A stretch of 62,763 bases of DNA, the filler included, from Coriobacteriales bacterium (GTDB taxonomy: Bacteria > Actinomycetota > Coriobacteriia > Coriobacteriales > UBA8131): the NCBI GenBank assembly GCA_031263105.1. It is 5 parts of 5 records of this genome, joined end to end, with 100 filler letters (N's around TTAATTAATTAA, not from the genome) between each part and the next. Parts side by side here need not be neighbours in the genome. Positions count along the whole stretch, not along the records: positions 1 to 10,016 come from JAISGJ010000198.1; positions 10,117 to 19,827 come from JAISGJ010000023.1; 3 more parts are not named here. One strand, 5' to 3'. The translations under genes were made by a program, and so were the position numbers. Shown in pieces: positions 8,486 to 16,459 of the stretch. Positions within the stretch are counted from its first letter, which is position 1; the number at the start of each line of letters is the position of its first letter. The notes beneath the pieces are model-generated. The model searched no databases and was not told where the DNA came from. It saw only the letters and a program-made list of their open reading frames with translations.

Positions 8486-9718
8486 TTACCCTGCGCTGTT
8501 GCCGAGTATCTCCTTGGCCTTGGCCGCGTCGATGTCGACGTGGTAGAAGAGGCGGTAGAAGTCCCGCGTCTCCTGCACCATGTCCACGTCGTAGGCGTCG
8601 GGGTAGAGCAGGTTGGCGACCCACTGGATGCCGAGGAAGCGGTTCACGGAAGGGGGGCGGTCGCACCAGGAGTAGGGGACGTTGGGCATGGTGTAGACGC
8701 GCCCGTCGCGCACGGCCTTTACGGGGGCCCAGTTCGAGTCGGTGCGGATGCGCTCGTCGGCGCCGCCGCGCACCACGTCGTCCCAGGCGATGATGACCTG
8801 CGGGTCCCAGGCTATCACCTGCTCGAGCGAGGTGTTGGACATGCCCTTGCCGCCTGCGGCCTCGACGTCGGCGACGTTCTTTGCGCCCGCGACCTTGAAG
8901 GTCAGGGCGTGTGAGGAGCTCTCGGGCTCGGTCTGAAGCCCCTCGGGGCCCTCGGCGTAGTAGAGGCTGACGCGCTCGCTCTCGGGCACGGTGGCCACGG
9001 CCGCCTTCACGGCGGCCAGCTTCTCGGCACAGTAGGCGCCCAGGGTCGCGGCCTCGTCCTCGCGGCCGAGGAGCCTGCCGAGCTCGGCGTAGACCTCCTG
9101 CACCCTGTCGAGGTTGCCGCTGAACACGGCCACGGGGATGCCGGTCTGCGCCTGCAGGTCGTCGGCCTGGGTCTTGTCGGACTCGGCGGGGTCGTCGAAG
9201 GCGACGGAGACGATGAGCTGGATGTCGGCCTCCAGGATGGACTCGGGGTTCAGCTCCTTGCCGCCGCTGAGGGTGCCGAGGTACCGGAGGTCGCGCGTCC
9301 CTGCGGGGAGGAGCTCGAGCTCCGCCTCCGTGTAGCCGTCCGAGCTGGTGCCGCCGGCCAGCTCGGGCGCCAGGGTGAGACAGTATATCTCGGCCGGGAA
9401 GCCCGTGAAGTACACGCGCTCAAGGGCACCGAGGCCGGGGACCGTGACCTCGCGGCCCGCCATGTCCGTGAAGCTGCGGTCGTCCATGGTGTCGACGGCG
9501 GGCGCGTCCGCCCGTGTGTCGTCGGCGGCGGTGTTTGCGGGTGCGTCTGCCTGCGTGCCTGCCGGCGTGTCGGCGGAGGGGGCTTGGGTCGCGCAGCCGC
9601 CGAGCGCAAGGCTCGCCGCCATCATGAGGGCCGCCAGGGCGACGGCCAGCGCATGCCGCAGTGCAGACTGCATTGCGGGCGATGCCGCTCTCTTCGTGGG
9701 TTCTTTGCGTGTCTTCAT
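8486..9718 (-). CDS. ABC transporter substrate-binding lipoprotein (iron-chelate/cobalamin class)
   Basis: Lipobox LGGC, FTDMAGREV, SLEQVIAWDPQVI, VKAVRDGRVY, DRPPSVNRFLG. Confidence 0.88.
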   Translation of the reverse strand: MKTRKEPTKRAASPAMQSALRHALAVALAALMMAASLALGGCATQAPSADTPAGTQADAPANTAADDTRADAPAVDTMDDRSFTDMAGREVTVPGLGALERVYFTGFPAEIYCLTLAPELAGGTSSDGYTEAELELLPAGTRDLRYLGTLSGGKELNPESILEADIQLIVSVAFDDPAESDKTQADDLQAQTGIPVAVFSGNLDRVQEVYAELGRLLGREDEAATLGAYCAEKLAAVKAAVATVPESERVSLYYAEGPEGLQTEPESSSHALTFKVAGAKNVADVEAAGGKGMSNTSLEQVIAWDPQVIIAWDDVVRGGADERIRTDSNWAPVKAVRDGRVYTMPNVPYSWCDRPPSVNRFLGIQWVANLLYPDAYDVDMVQETRDFYRLFYHVDIDAAKAKEILGNSAG

Positions 9719-9762
9719 GTCGATACCTCTTTCTTTGTTGTTGACTGACTACAGGCCTGCTT

Positions 9763-9790
9763 GTTACTGTTCACATCCCACTGTCCACCC
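9763..9790. mobile_element. Left end of a further MITE-like copy, broken near the contig end
   Basis: GTTACTGTTCACATCCCACTGTC followed by poly-C/low-quality sequence. Confidence 0.6.
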
Positions 9791-10016
9791 GACCCCCCCC
9801 CCCCCCCCCCCCATTACAGTATGAATAGCCCCTTTCTTTTGGGGCAAGGAAGAGCGCTTGGGGCGATCTGACGGCCTCACAGGGCTTAGAATTGCCAAGG
9901 GCCCCGAGGGGCCGTTGATCGACCGTCCCCGGATGGCCCTTTCCCCCAGCCTCCACAGTAGGCCCGGGGGGTGTTGCCACCAGGGACGGCTGGCCGGCGC
10001 AGTGACCGATAGAAAC

Positions 10017-10116
10017 NNNNNNNNNNNNNNNNNNNNNNNNNNNNNNNNNNNNNNNNNNNNTTAATTAATTAANNNNNNNNNNNNNNNNNNNNNNNNNNNN
10101 NNNNNNNNNNNNNNNN
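10017..10116. other. Artificial contig spacer
   Basis: N44-TTAATTAATTAA-N44 (stops in all frames). Confidence 0.98.
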
Positions 10117-10260
10117 GGCGGGGGGGGGCGGGCCCCCCCGGCCCCGCCCCCTCAGCCCACCCCGTAACCCCCCCCCCCCCCCCCCCCCCGGTCCGGTGTT
10201 GGTGGGGAAATATGCTACACTTTGAACCCGTAAACGACTGTGCGCCTTGAAGGGAAGTCT

Positions 10261-10536
10261 ATGCCTGTGTACGAGCCGCGCGTAACGGTCTGGCATACCG
10301 CACTCAAACATGGCCTGACAGAGCATGAGGTCAAGAGTGCCTATTTCAACGCGCAGGAAGTCTACTTCCTCGACGACAAAGACAAGGACAGGCGTTTCTA
10401 TGTAGGACTGGGCGAGAACGGAACCCCGGTTGAACTGGTTGCCCTTAACACCGATGAAGGGGTTTTGATAGTACACGCCATGAAACCGGCCCGAAAACAC
10501 TTTGTGAACAGGTTGGACAGAGGAGACAAACGATGA
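10261..10536 (+). CDS. Putative RelE/BrnT-fold toxin
   Basis: 91 aa; ALKHGLTEHEV...FYVGLGENGTPVELV...IVHAM pattern typical of BrnT/DUF4258-like toxins; extended -10 TGCTACACT upstream. Confidence 0.65.
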   Translation: MPVYEPRVTVWHTALKHGLTEHEVKSAYFNAQEVYFLDDKDKDRRFYVGLGENGTPVELVALNTDEGVLIVHAMKPARKHFVNRLDRGDKR

Positions 10537-10724
10537 GGACAAGGACGAGCGGCCGAGAGATAACGGACGAGTACATCGCGGCGACACTGGCCGACGCAGA
10601 GAGCCTGCAGCCTGCCGACCTTGTCCCCCTGTCGGCCCTTGAGGAGCTCAACGACAAGTTGGAGCGCATGCAGCTACAGATGAACGAAATCTACCAGACC
10701 GTCAACAAGCAACAGATAGCATAG
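10533..10724 (+). CDS. Small acidic protein, putative antitoxin
   Basis: ATGA overlap with upstream toxin-like gene, AGGAG RBS, 63 aa. Confidence 0.55.
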   Translation: MRTRTSGREITDEYIAATLADAESLQPADLVPLSALEELNDKLERMQLQMNEIYQTVNKQQIA

Positions 10725-10782
10725 TGTTCGGCAAAGGGCACCGAGGTGTCGCAGGTCACATTCGAGGGCCAACAGCACAAAG

Positions 10783-10998
10783 TCAAACGGCTACCTTTGT
10801 TCGTTCTTCCGGCACGCTGCGTTTGTGTTCGGCGATCCACTGAGCCCTATAGTCATTCAGACTAAGGCTGTTCGCGCCACCCCAGAAATCTGGGTCGTCA
10901 ACTTGGATTGGGTCATCCTCCCACATACAGACAGGACAGATGTCATGGATTTCATCGACCCGGAGCGTCTTGAACCCACAAATCGGGCAAGCCTTCAT
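10783..10998 (-). CDS. CPCC-family cysteine-rich protein
   Basis: CPICG...DICPVCMWEDD...GGANSLSL. Confidence 0.88.
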   Translation of the reverse strand: MKACPICGFKTLRVDEIHDICPVCMWEDDPIQVDDPDFWGGANSLSLNDYRAQWIAEHKRSVPEERTKVAV

Positions 10999-11009
10999 TT
11001 TACTGGCCT

Positions 11010-11642
11010 TCAGCTATCGTTCCTGTTGCTTCCATGCCTGTAGGGTACGGTCACTATCTTGGCATAGTCGCCCATTCCGTCAAGTAAGGTGCCATAATTC
11101 AGGACAGCGTTCGGTCTGATGGCCTCGCACATCTGCTTGAATCCTGCCAAGAACTCCCTTTGGCTATCGCCCGCCCCTATCGTCGACACAGCCACGACAC
11201 AGCCCGCTTCTATCCCATCGAAACAGAAATCATAGGTGTCCTCACTTCCCCAAGACACGGTCGGTATGACCAGCAGCTTGTTGAACTGCCAGTATGAGGC
11301 GCACCAACGGCTCCTGAACGTGTTGTACATCTGGAGCGGTTTGGGCATGTCGGCATATACGCTGAAGTCCGGCGACAGCAGCTGGAAGTACTGCGCCAGT
11401 CTTTCAAGCTCCTGTTCCGGCTTGTTCCAAACCTCATCGAACTTGTGGTCATCCAAGAAGAAGTGAACCGTCTTGTCTCTGTTGGTTCCTTGCTCACAGC
11501 TCTTTATGTTGTTGAAGCCGATGAGGGAGAGATTATCGAGTTCAACCTCCTGCGAATAGACGAAGGGCATGTCAAAAGTGCCAACCATGAACTGTTGGTT
11601 CCGCAAGAACAAGGGGTCGTTTCGTAGGTCGTGACTTTTCAT
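11010..11642 (-). CDS. DUF4417 domain-containing protein
   Basis: VHFFLDDHKF, LSPDFSVYADMP, YWQ...VIPTVSWG, FCFDGI. Confidence 0.85.
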   Translation of the reverse strand: MKSHDLRNDPLFLRNQQFMVGTFDMPFVYSQEVELDNLSLIGFNNIKSCEQGTNRDKTVHFFLDDHKFDEVWNKPEQELERLAQYFQLLSPDFSVYADMPKPLQMYNTFRSRWCASYWQFNKLLVIPTVSWGSEDTYDFCFDGIEAGCVVAVSTIGAGDSQREFLAGFKQMCEAIRPNAVLNYGTLLDGMGDYAKIVTVPYRHGSNRNDS

Positions 11643-11849
11643 GGGACCATTCTACCAGAATATGAGACCCTGAATCAGATTTGACAAGAAAGCTGGGGGC
11701 ACGCTGGGGGCACCATTCACCTGAACCTGACCCCCGCACAAAGCTGACGAATCCGCATGCAGCACAAAGGGAAGGAGGTTTTGTCGCACTTTGAGAAGGC
11801 CGTCTCAGGCAAGCACATAATCCGCCCCGCCTGCAGGTTGTCTGGCTAA

Positions 11850-12413
11850 TCAGGCGCTCTTCAAAAGCTCAGTGGGTTCTACCTCCATCTTGGAGAACGC
11901 GAACATCTTCTTCCCCAAGTCCTTGATTTGCCCGTCGCAGAAGATGCCTTCAACTGGCGGCAGGGCGGTCTTGACGAAGAACTCAATCTGCCTCTCCGTT
12001 TCGCTGACGCGGCTCACTGTTTCGGTCATCTGGTACTCCAAACGCTCAATGCGATGGTTGACCGCGTAGCCGCGCAGTATGTACTCCTTCAACACCTGCG
12101 TTGCCCAACGGCGGAACTGAACGCCACGCTGCGATTTGACGCGGTAGCCGACAGAGATGATTACATCGAGGTTGTAGAAGTTTGTGGGCTTCTTATTATA
12201 TTCAGAAATCCTGAATTTCTTGACCACGCCATCTTTCGCAAGCTCGCCTTCTTTGAACGCATTTGTTATGTGCATACTGACATTGGATTTTGTGGTTTCA
12301 AGCAGCTCCGCCATCTGAGCCTGCGTGAGCCAGACGGTTTCGCTCTCGACGAGAACATCAATTGCCACGTCGTCGTCCTGTGGCCTGTATAGTATGATTT
12401 CACCTTTGCCCAT
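11850..12413 (-). CDS. rhuM: RhuM-family protein, apparently with an internal deletion of its C-terminal domain
   Basis: ETVWLTQAQMAEL, YNLDVIISVGYRVKSQRGVQFRRWAT; C-terminus GIFCDGQI directly joined to KDLGKKMFAFSKM. Confidence 0.8.
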   Translation of the reverse strand: MGKGEIILYRPQDDDVAIDVLVESETVWLTQAQMAELLETTKSNVSMHITNAFKEGELAKDGVVKKFRISEYNKKPTNFYNLDVIISVGYRVKSQRGVQFRRWATQVLKEYILRGYAVNHRIERLEYQMTETVSRVSETERQIEFFVKTALPPVEGIFCDGQIKDLGKKMFAFSKMEVEPTELLKSA

Positions 12414-12583
12414 AACGGTGTTCCAAGTTCCCCATATTGCAGCAAAGCTGGTTACCACGCCGTGCCACAACGCAAGCGCGTCGGTGATTTCTGCCACCCA
12501 CTATACACACTCCTGCCTGAGGCACGGAAGCGGACGGAGCAGATGTGCGTTAGGGAGACGACAGCGGCCGCTGCGCCCCTGTG

Positions 12584-14695
12584 CTACCACGCCCGCTTCC
12601 AGTGGGCGTAGAGGGTGACGCTCTTGGCGACCCTCGTGGCGGCGCCCGCCCGCTTGCCGCCGTGCTTGGCGGTGTACCAGCCTTGGAAGGCGTAGCCCGG
12701 GCGCTTGGGGACGGCGAGCCTGCCGAGCTTGGAGCCGTGGGCCCTCTTGACGGTCGCGACGGAGTACCAGCCCTTCACCTTGCCGCCGTTGGCGTCGAGC
12801 CTGACGGTGTGGACCTTGGCCTTCCAGTGGGCGTGAAGCGTGACGTTCTTGGTCACCTTCGTGGTCGTGGCCACCTTCCTGCCGCCGGCCTTGGCGGTGT
12901 ACCAGCCGAGGAAGTCGTGGCCGGCGCGGCTCGGGGTCGCGAGTTTGCCGAGCTCCGTGCCATGGCTCCTCCTGACGGAGGAGGCCGCGCCCTTGCGCAG
13001 CTTGCCGCCGTTGGCGCTGAGCTTGACGGTGTGGACCTTGGCTTTCTCCAGCTTGAAGGAGTAGGCGCCCGTGCTGCCGTTGCTCTCGACGCAGAAGCGG
13101 TACGCGCCCCTCTTCAGCGGGACCGAGGCGCGGTAGTTCGCCCTCTTGGCGGTGTCGTCCCAGCCGAGGCCCCTGTCCTCCCACACGACGTCTCCCTTGC
13201 TGTTGTACAGGAGGAGGGTCGCGTTCGTGAGGGTTCGCGTGTCGAGCGCGACCGTGAGCACGCCGGAGGACGCGAAGGCGAAGCTGTAGAAGTCGGCGGG
13301 GTCGGCGGCATACGACAACTGGCCCCTGTAGGTCCTCCCCAGGGCGATGGGGCTCGCTGCGGCGAAGGTGTTGTTCGACCCGAGGTAGCCCTCCTTGAAG
13401 CTCTCGTTGGAGGACGTGGCGGACAGCCTGAAGGAGTAGGCGCCCGTGTAGTCGGAATACTTCTTGACGCAGAAGCGGTACGAGCCACCATGCAGCCAGA
13501 CCGAGCTGCGGTAGCTGGCCTTCTTTGCGGTGTCGTTCCAGCCCAGATCCCCGGTGTAGCGGCTGTTCTCCCACACAACGGTTCCGTCGATGTCGTATAC
13601 AAGTAAGTTCGCCCACGCAAGGCTCTGCGTGTCGAACTCGACCGAAAGCTTGCCCGAGGACGCGAGAAGAAAGCTGTAGAAGTCAGCAGGGTCGGCGGCA
13701 TACGACACCTGGCCCCTGTAGGTGGCCCCCAGGGCAATCGGGTTCGCTGCGGAGAAGGTGTTGTCGGAGCCGAGGTGGCCCTCCTTGAAGCTCTCGTTGG
13801 AAGACGTGGCGGACAGCCTGAAGGAGTAGGCGCCCGTGTAGTTGTCAACTTTTATCACGCCGAAGCGGTACGTGCCGCTGTTCAGCCAAAGCGAAATGCT
13901 GAGGTGCGCCTTTTTTGCGGTATCATTCCATCCCAAGCTCCCTATAAAGGACGTACCAAACAATATGTAGCCTCCGTTGTTCCACAGGATGGTTCCGTCG
14001 ATGTCGTACACACGTAGGGCGGCATTCTCGAGGCTCTCTGTATCGAACTCCAACGAGAGCCTGCCGGAGGACGCGAGGGTGAAGCTGTAGAAGTCCGCTT
14101 CTGGGTCAGATTTCGGTGCCGAGATGGCGCCGTTGACCGTCGTCCCCAACGCGCAGGGCACGGCGCTCCCCAGGGAGTTGCCTGCGGCGAGGGGCGCGAC
14201 CTCGGCGCCTTCGCCTGCGGCACCGGCATCGCCGTCCGCCTGCGCCTCCCCGCCCTCCTCCCCATCGTCTTGGGCCGCTGCGGGAAGGAGCGTTTCTGCA
14301 CCCTCTTCTGCGACATCCGCCTGCGCAGCAGGCAACGCGGGCAGCTCGGCGGTAGGCGCGGCATCCGGCTTGGGGGCGACGGGCGCATCCGGCCCTGCAG
14401 CTGGCTCGCTCTCCTCCCCTGCAACAGGCTCGTCTTCCGGTTCCGTGACGGGCTCGTCTGCGCCATCGCCGTTCGACGTGCCCGCGCCGTCCGGCGTGCC
14501 CGTCGCGTCGCCGCCCTCCTCCCCATCGCCCTGAACCGCTGCCTGCGCAGCGCCGCCCTCCCCAACAGGCTCGTCGGCGAAGGCGGGGGCGGCGCCGACG
14601 AGGCCGCCCAAGGCGAGCACCACCGCGAGCAGGAGGCGGAGCAGGGCGGACGCGCCCTTCGTGGGAGTCGTCTGTGGCGTGGCAGCTTGCTTCAT
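12584..14695 (-). CDS. Secreted/surface protein: signal peptide, acidic linker, three ~120-aa PPC-like repeats, two InlB B-type (Listeria-Bacteroides) repeats
   Basis: LLLAVVLALGGLVGAAPAFA signal; repeated DPADFYSF...YTGAYSF units; ANGGK...F.GWYTAK.GG...VTL.AHWK repeats. Confidence 0.85.
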   Translation of the reverse strand: MKQAATPQTTPTKGASALLRLLLAVVLALGGLVGAAPAFADEPVGEGGAAQAAVQGDGEEGGDATGTPDGAGTSNGDGADEPVTEPEDEPVAGEESEPAAGPDAPVAPKPDAAPTAELPALPAAQADVAEEGAETLLPAAAQDDGEEGGEAQADGDAGAAGEGAEVAPLAAGNSLGSAVPCALGTTVNGAISAPKSDPEADFYSFTLASSGRLSLEFDTESLENAALRVYDIDGTILWNNGGYILFGTSFIGSLGWNDTAKKAHLSISLWLNSGTYRFGVIKVDNYTGAYSFRLSATSSNESFKEGHLGSDNTFSAANPIALGATYRGQVSYAADPADFYSFLLASSGKLSVEFDTQSLAWANLLVYDIDGTVVWENSRYTGDLGWNDTAKKASYRSSVWLHGGSYRFCVKKYSDYTGAYSFRLSATSSNESFKEGYLGSNNTFAAASPIALGRTYRGQLSYAADPADFYSFAFASSGVLTVALDTRTLTNATLLLYNSKGDVVWEDRGLGWDDTAKRANYRASVPLKRGAYRFCVESNGSTGAYSFKLEKAKVHTVKLSANGGKLRKGAASSVRRSHGTELGKLATPSRAGHDFLGWYTAKAGGRKVATTTKVTKNVTLHAHWKAKVHTVRLDANGGKVKGWYSVATVKRAHGSKLGRLAVPKRPGYAFQGWYTAKHGGKRAGAATRVAKSVTLYAHWKRAW

Positions 14696-14802
14696 GTTCG
14701 GAGCCCCTTCCGTGTCAGGCCCGCACCCCGTGCGCGGGCATCGATGCCCCGGGTCCCCCTCCGCCCCCTGAAAAAGGGCAGCCTCGGGTCCGCGCACCAT
14801 TC

Positions 14803-14840
14803 CTGATACATTGGGCCCCCCCCCCCCCCCCCCCTGTCAA
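14803..14840 (-). promoter_or_regulatory. Putative promoter with a poly-G tract directly after the -35 box
   Basis: Minus strand TTGACA (14840-14835), G19 (14834-14816), then CCCAATGTATCAG. Confidence 0.6.
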
Positions 14841-14985
14841 GTAGGTAAAGGAGAAAAAATGGGAATTCGGGCGTGGTTTGCCGATGCAATGCCCAAGGAT
14901 TACGTTTGGAGCACGGCGGTGCCATGACGGCAGGTCGTGTGGTATCATCCTGACAATGGAATGCGAGGCAGGAAGGACATGCAGC

Positions 14986-15243
14986 ATGGACGCTGTCGCC
15001 CAATACCATGACTCGGCAAAGGTTCTCAGTGCCAAGGAGCTGACGTCCCTCGAGCGGCTGCGCTCCCTCTTCCCGCACTATGCCGGGGATCAGTTCCTGG
15101 TGATCCCCGTCGACCGTGACACCGACTTCGCCACAGAGGACGTCACGCGCCTGAACTCGCTGATGATGCTCCGGCGCCACGGGGACGACGAGTGGCGAGC
15201 GCAAGCCGTGGGGACATCTACTGGGTCGACTTCGGGCCTGTAG
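14986..15243 (+). CDS. Hypothetical protein, putative antitoxin of the downstream MazF
   Basis: 85 aa immediately upstream of and overlapping mazF; AGGAAGG upstream. Confidence 0.5.
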   Translation: MDAVAQYHDSAKVLSAKELTSLERLRSLFPHYAGDQFLVIPVDRDTDFATEDVTRLNSLMMLRRHGDDEWRAQAVGTSTGSTSGL

Positions 15244-15536
15244 AGAGCAGGGCACCGGCAAAACTGCGCCCGCTCCTTATCGTCCAAGTCGACGAGATAT
15301 CGCACACGGCCATCGGAACGGTGGTCGGCGGGGCGCTTACGTCCAACCTCGATGCCCGAACCCATAGGGCGGTCTTCGTCCCAAAAGAGGCATCGGGGCT
15401 TTCGAGGGATTCTGTCGTCCGGTTGACCGAGCTGATGACCATCGACAAATGGCAGTTGGAGGAATACATCGGCCACCTGCCGACGGAATACATGATTCAA
15501 GTCGAGAACGCCCTGCGCGAGGTATTGGGCCTCTAG
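15192..15536 (+). CDS. mazF: PemK/MazF-family endoribonuclease toxin
   Basis: RGDIYWVDFGP...KLRPLLIVQ...GLSRDSVV...TIDK. Confidence 0.92.
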   Translation: MASASRGDIYWVDFGPVESRAPAKLRPLLIVQVDEISHTAIGTVVGGALTSNLDARTHRAVFVPKEASGLSRDSVVRLTELMTIDKWQLEEYIGHLPTEYMIQVENALREVLGL

Positions 15537-15557
15537 CCCTTCCGAGGGCAGCCTCCG

Positions 15558-15840
15558 CTACCCCTTGAGTTTGCGGCTGCCGGGGGAGGTCAGGGGGATG
15601 CCTTGCTGGCAGAGGGGGCAGTCTCCGGCAGGGCAGAGGGGACCTTGAGGCGCAGGAGGGGGAAGTAGGGCACGGGGAAGGCGGAGGCGGAGCCTCGGTC
15701 GATGAGGGTGAGGACGGCTGCGGGCTCCCCTCCCTGGGCGGTTACGAGGCGGCAGACCTCACGCACCGAGCCACCGGTGGTCACGACGTCCTCCGCAACG
15801 AGCACGCGGGCGCCGGGCAGCACCTCGAAGGAGCGGCGGA
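15558..15840 (-). pseudogene. pyrE: 3' remnant of orotate phosphoribosyltransferase (5' half missing, frameshift near 15622)
   Basis: IRRSFEVLPGARVLVAEDVVTTGGSVREV PRPP-binding motif; the C-terminal DCPLCQQGIPLTSPGSRKLKG* lies in a shifted frame. Confidence 0.8.
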
Positions 15841-15842
15841 TG

Positions 15843-15944
15843 CTAGCTGTTGCGGTGCTGGGCGAGGATGGACATCAGTTGGCTCTGAAGCGCGGGGATG
15901 TCCTTGTCTATTGTCTCCAGAACGACCTTGTCCCTACGCAGCAT
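15843..15944 (-). pseudogene. Internally deleted HEPN (HepT/DUF86-like) toxin remnant
   Basis: 33 aa MLRRDKVVLE-TIDKDIPALQSQLMSIL..., overlapping the MNT stop; resembles fused N- and C-termini of HepT with no RxxxxH motif. Confidence 0.65.
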
Positions 15945-16221
15945 AGACGGGAACCTCGTTACAGACCTCGAGCAGGGAGCCCTCCGGGACAGGGGCATGG
16001 ACCACATCGACCGGCACCTCCAGGGCGTCCTCGAGGCGGTATTTGATCTCCAACAACGTGAGCAGGGAGACCGCAGGGGTCGCAAACTCGACCAAGACGT
16101 CCAGGTCGCTGCCGTCGGTGGCGCGCCCGTCGGCATAGGAGCCGAAGTACGACACGCGGACGATGGGGTAATCGCCCGCCAGGCCCTGCACGCCCGACCG
16201 TATGTCCTCATGGGTCAACAT
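15934..16221 (-). CDS. Minimal nucleotidyltransferase (MNT) antitoxin
   Basis: FGSYADGRATDGSDLDVLVEF...PVDVV; 95 aa; GGAAGG RBS and TATAAT at 16260-16255. Confidence 0.9.
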   Translation of the reverse strand: MLTHEDIRSGVQGLAGDYPIVRVSYFGSYADGRATDGSDLDVLVEFATPAVSLLTLLEIKYRLEDALEVPVDVVHAPVPEGSLLEVCNEVPVYAA

Positions 16222-16459
16222 CGCTGCACCTTCCCTCATAATCGAGTCGAACCCATTATAAAGGCAATGCAGGCGATTGAGGAATACCCGCATCGAACAG
16301 ACAGGACGAAGTACGATTCCTGCCATCGAGCAATCATGTCCCATATTCACAAAGCGGTAAATATAGGACTGAAAGTCTCCGAGAGGAGACGATGATTATG
16401 ATACGAGGGGACGGTTCCTTGTCTGCGTTGGCGAGGGTGACGACAGCGGCGCCCTCCCG

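Noticed and set aside
13060..14100. Near-identical ~360-bp repeats as a DGR template/variable pair
   Set aside because: All copies are in-frame domain repeats of one protein, I see no adenine-specific pattern of differences, and no reverse transcriptase is present
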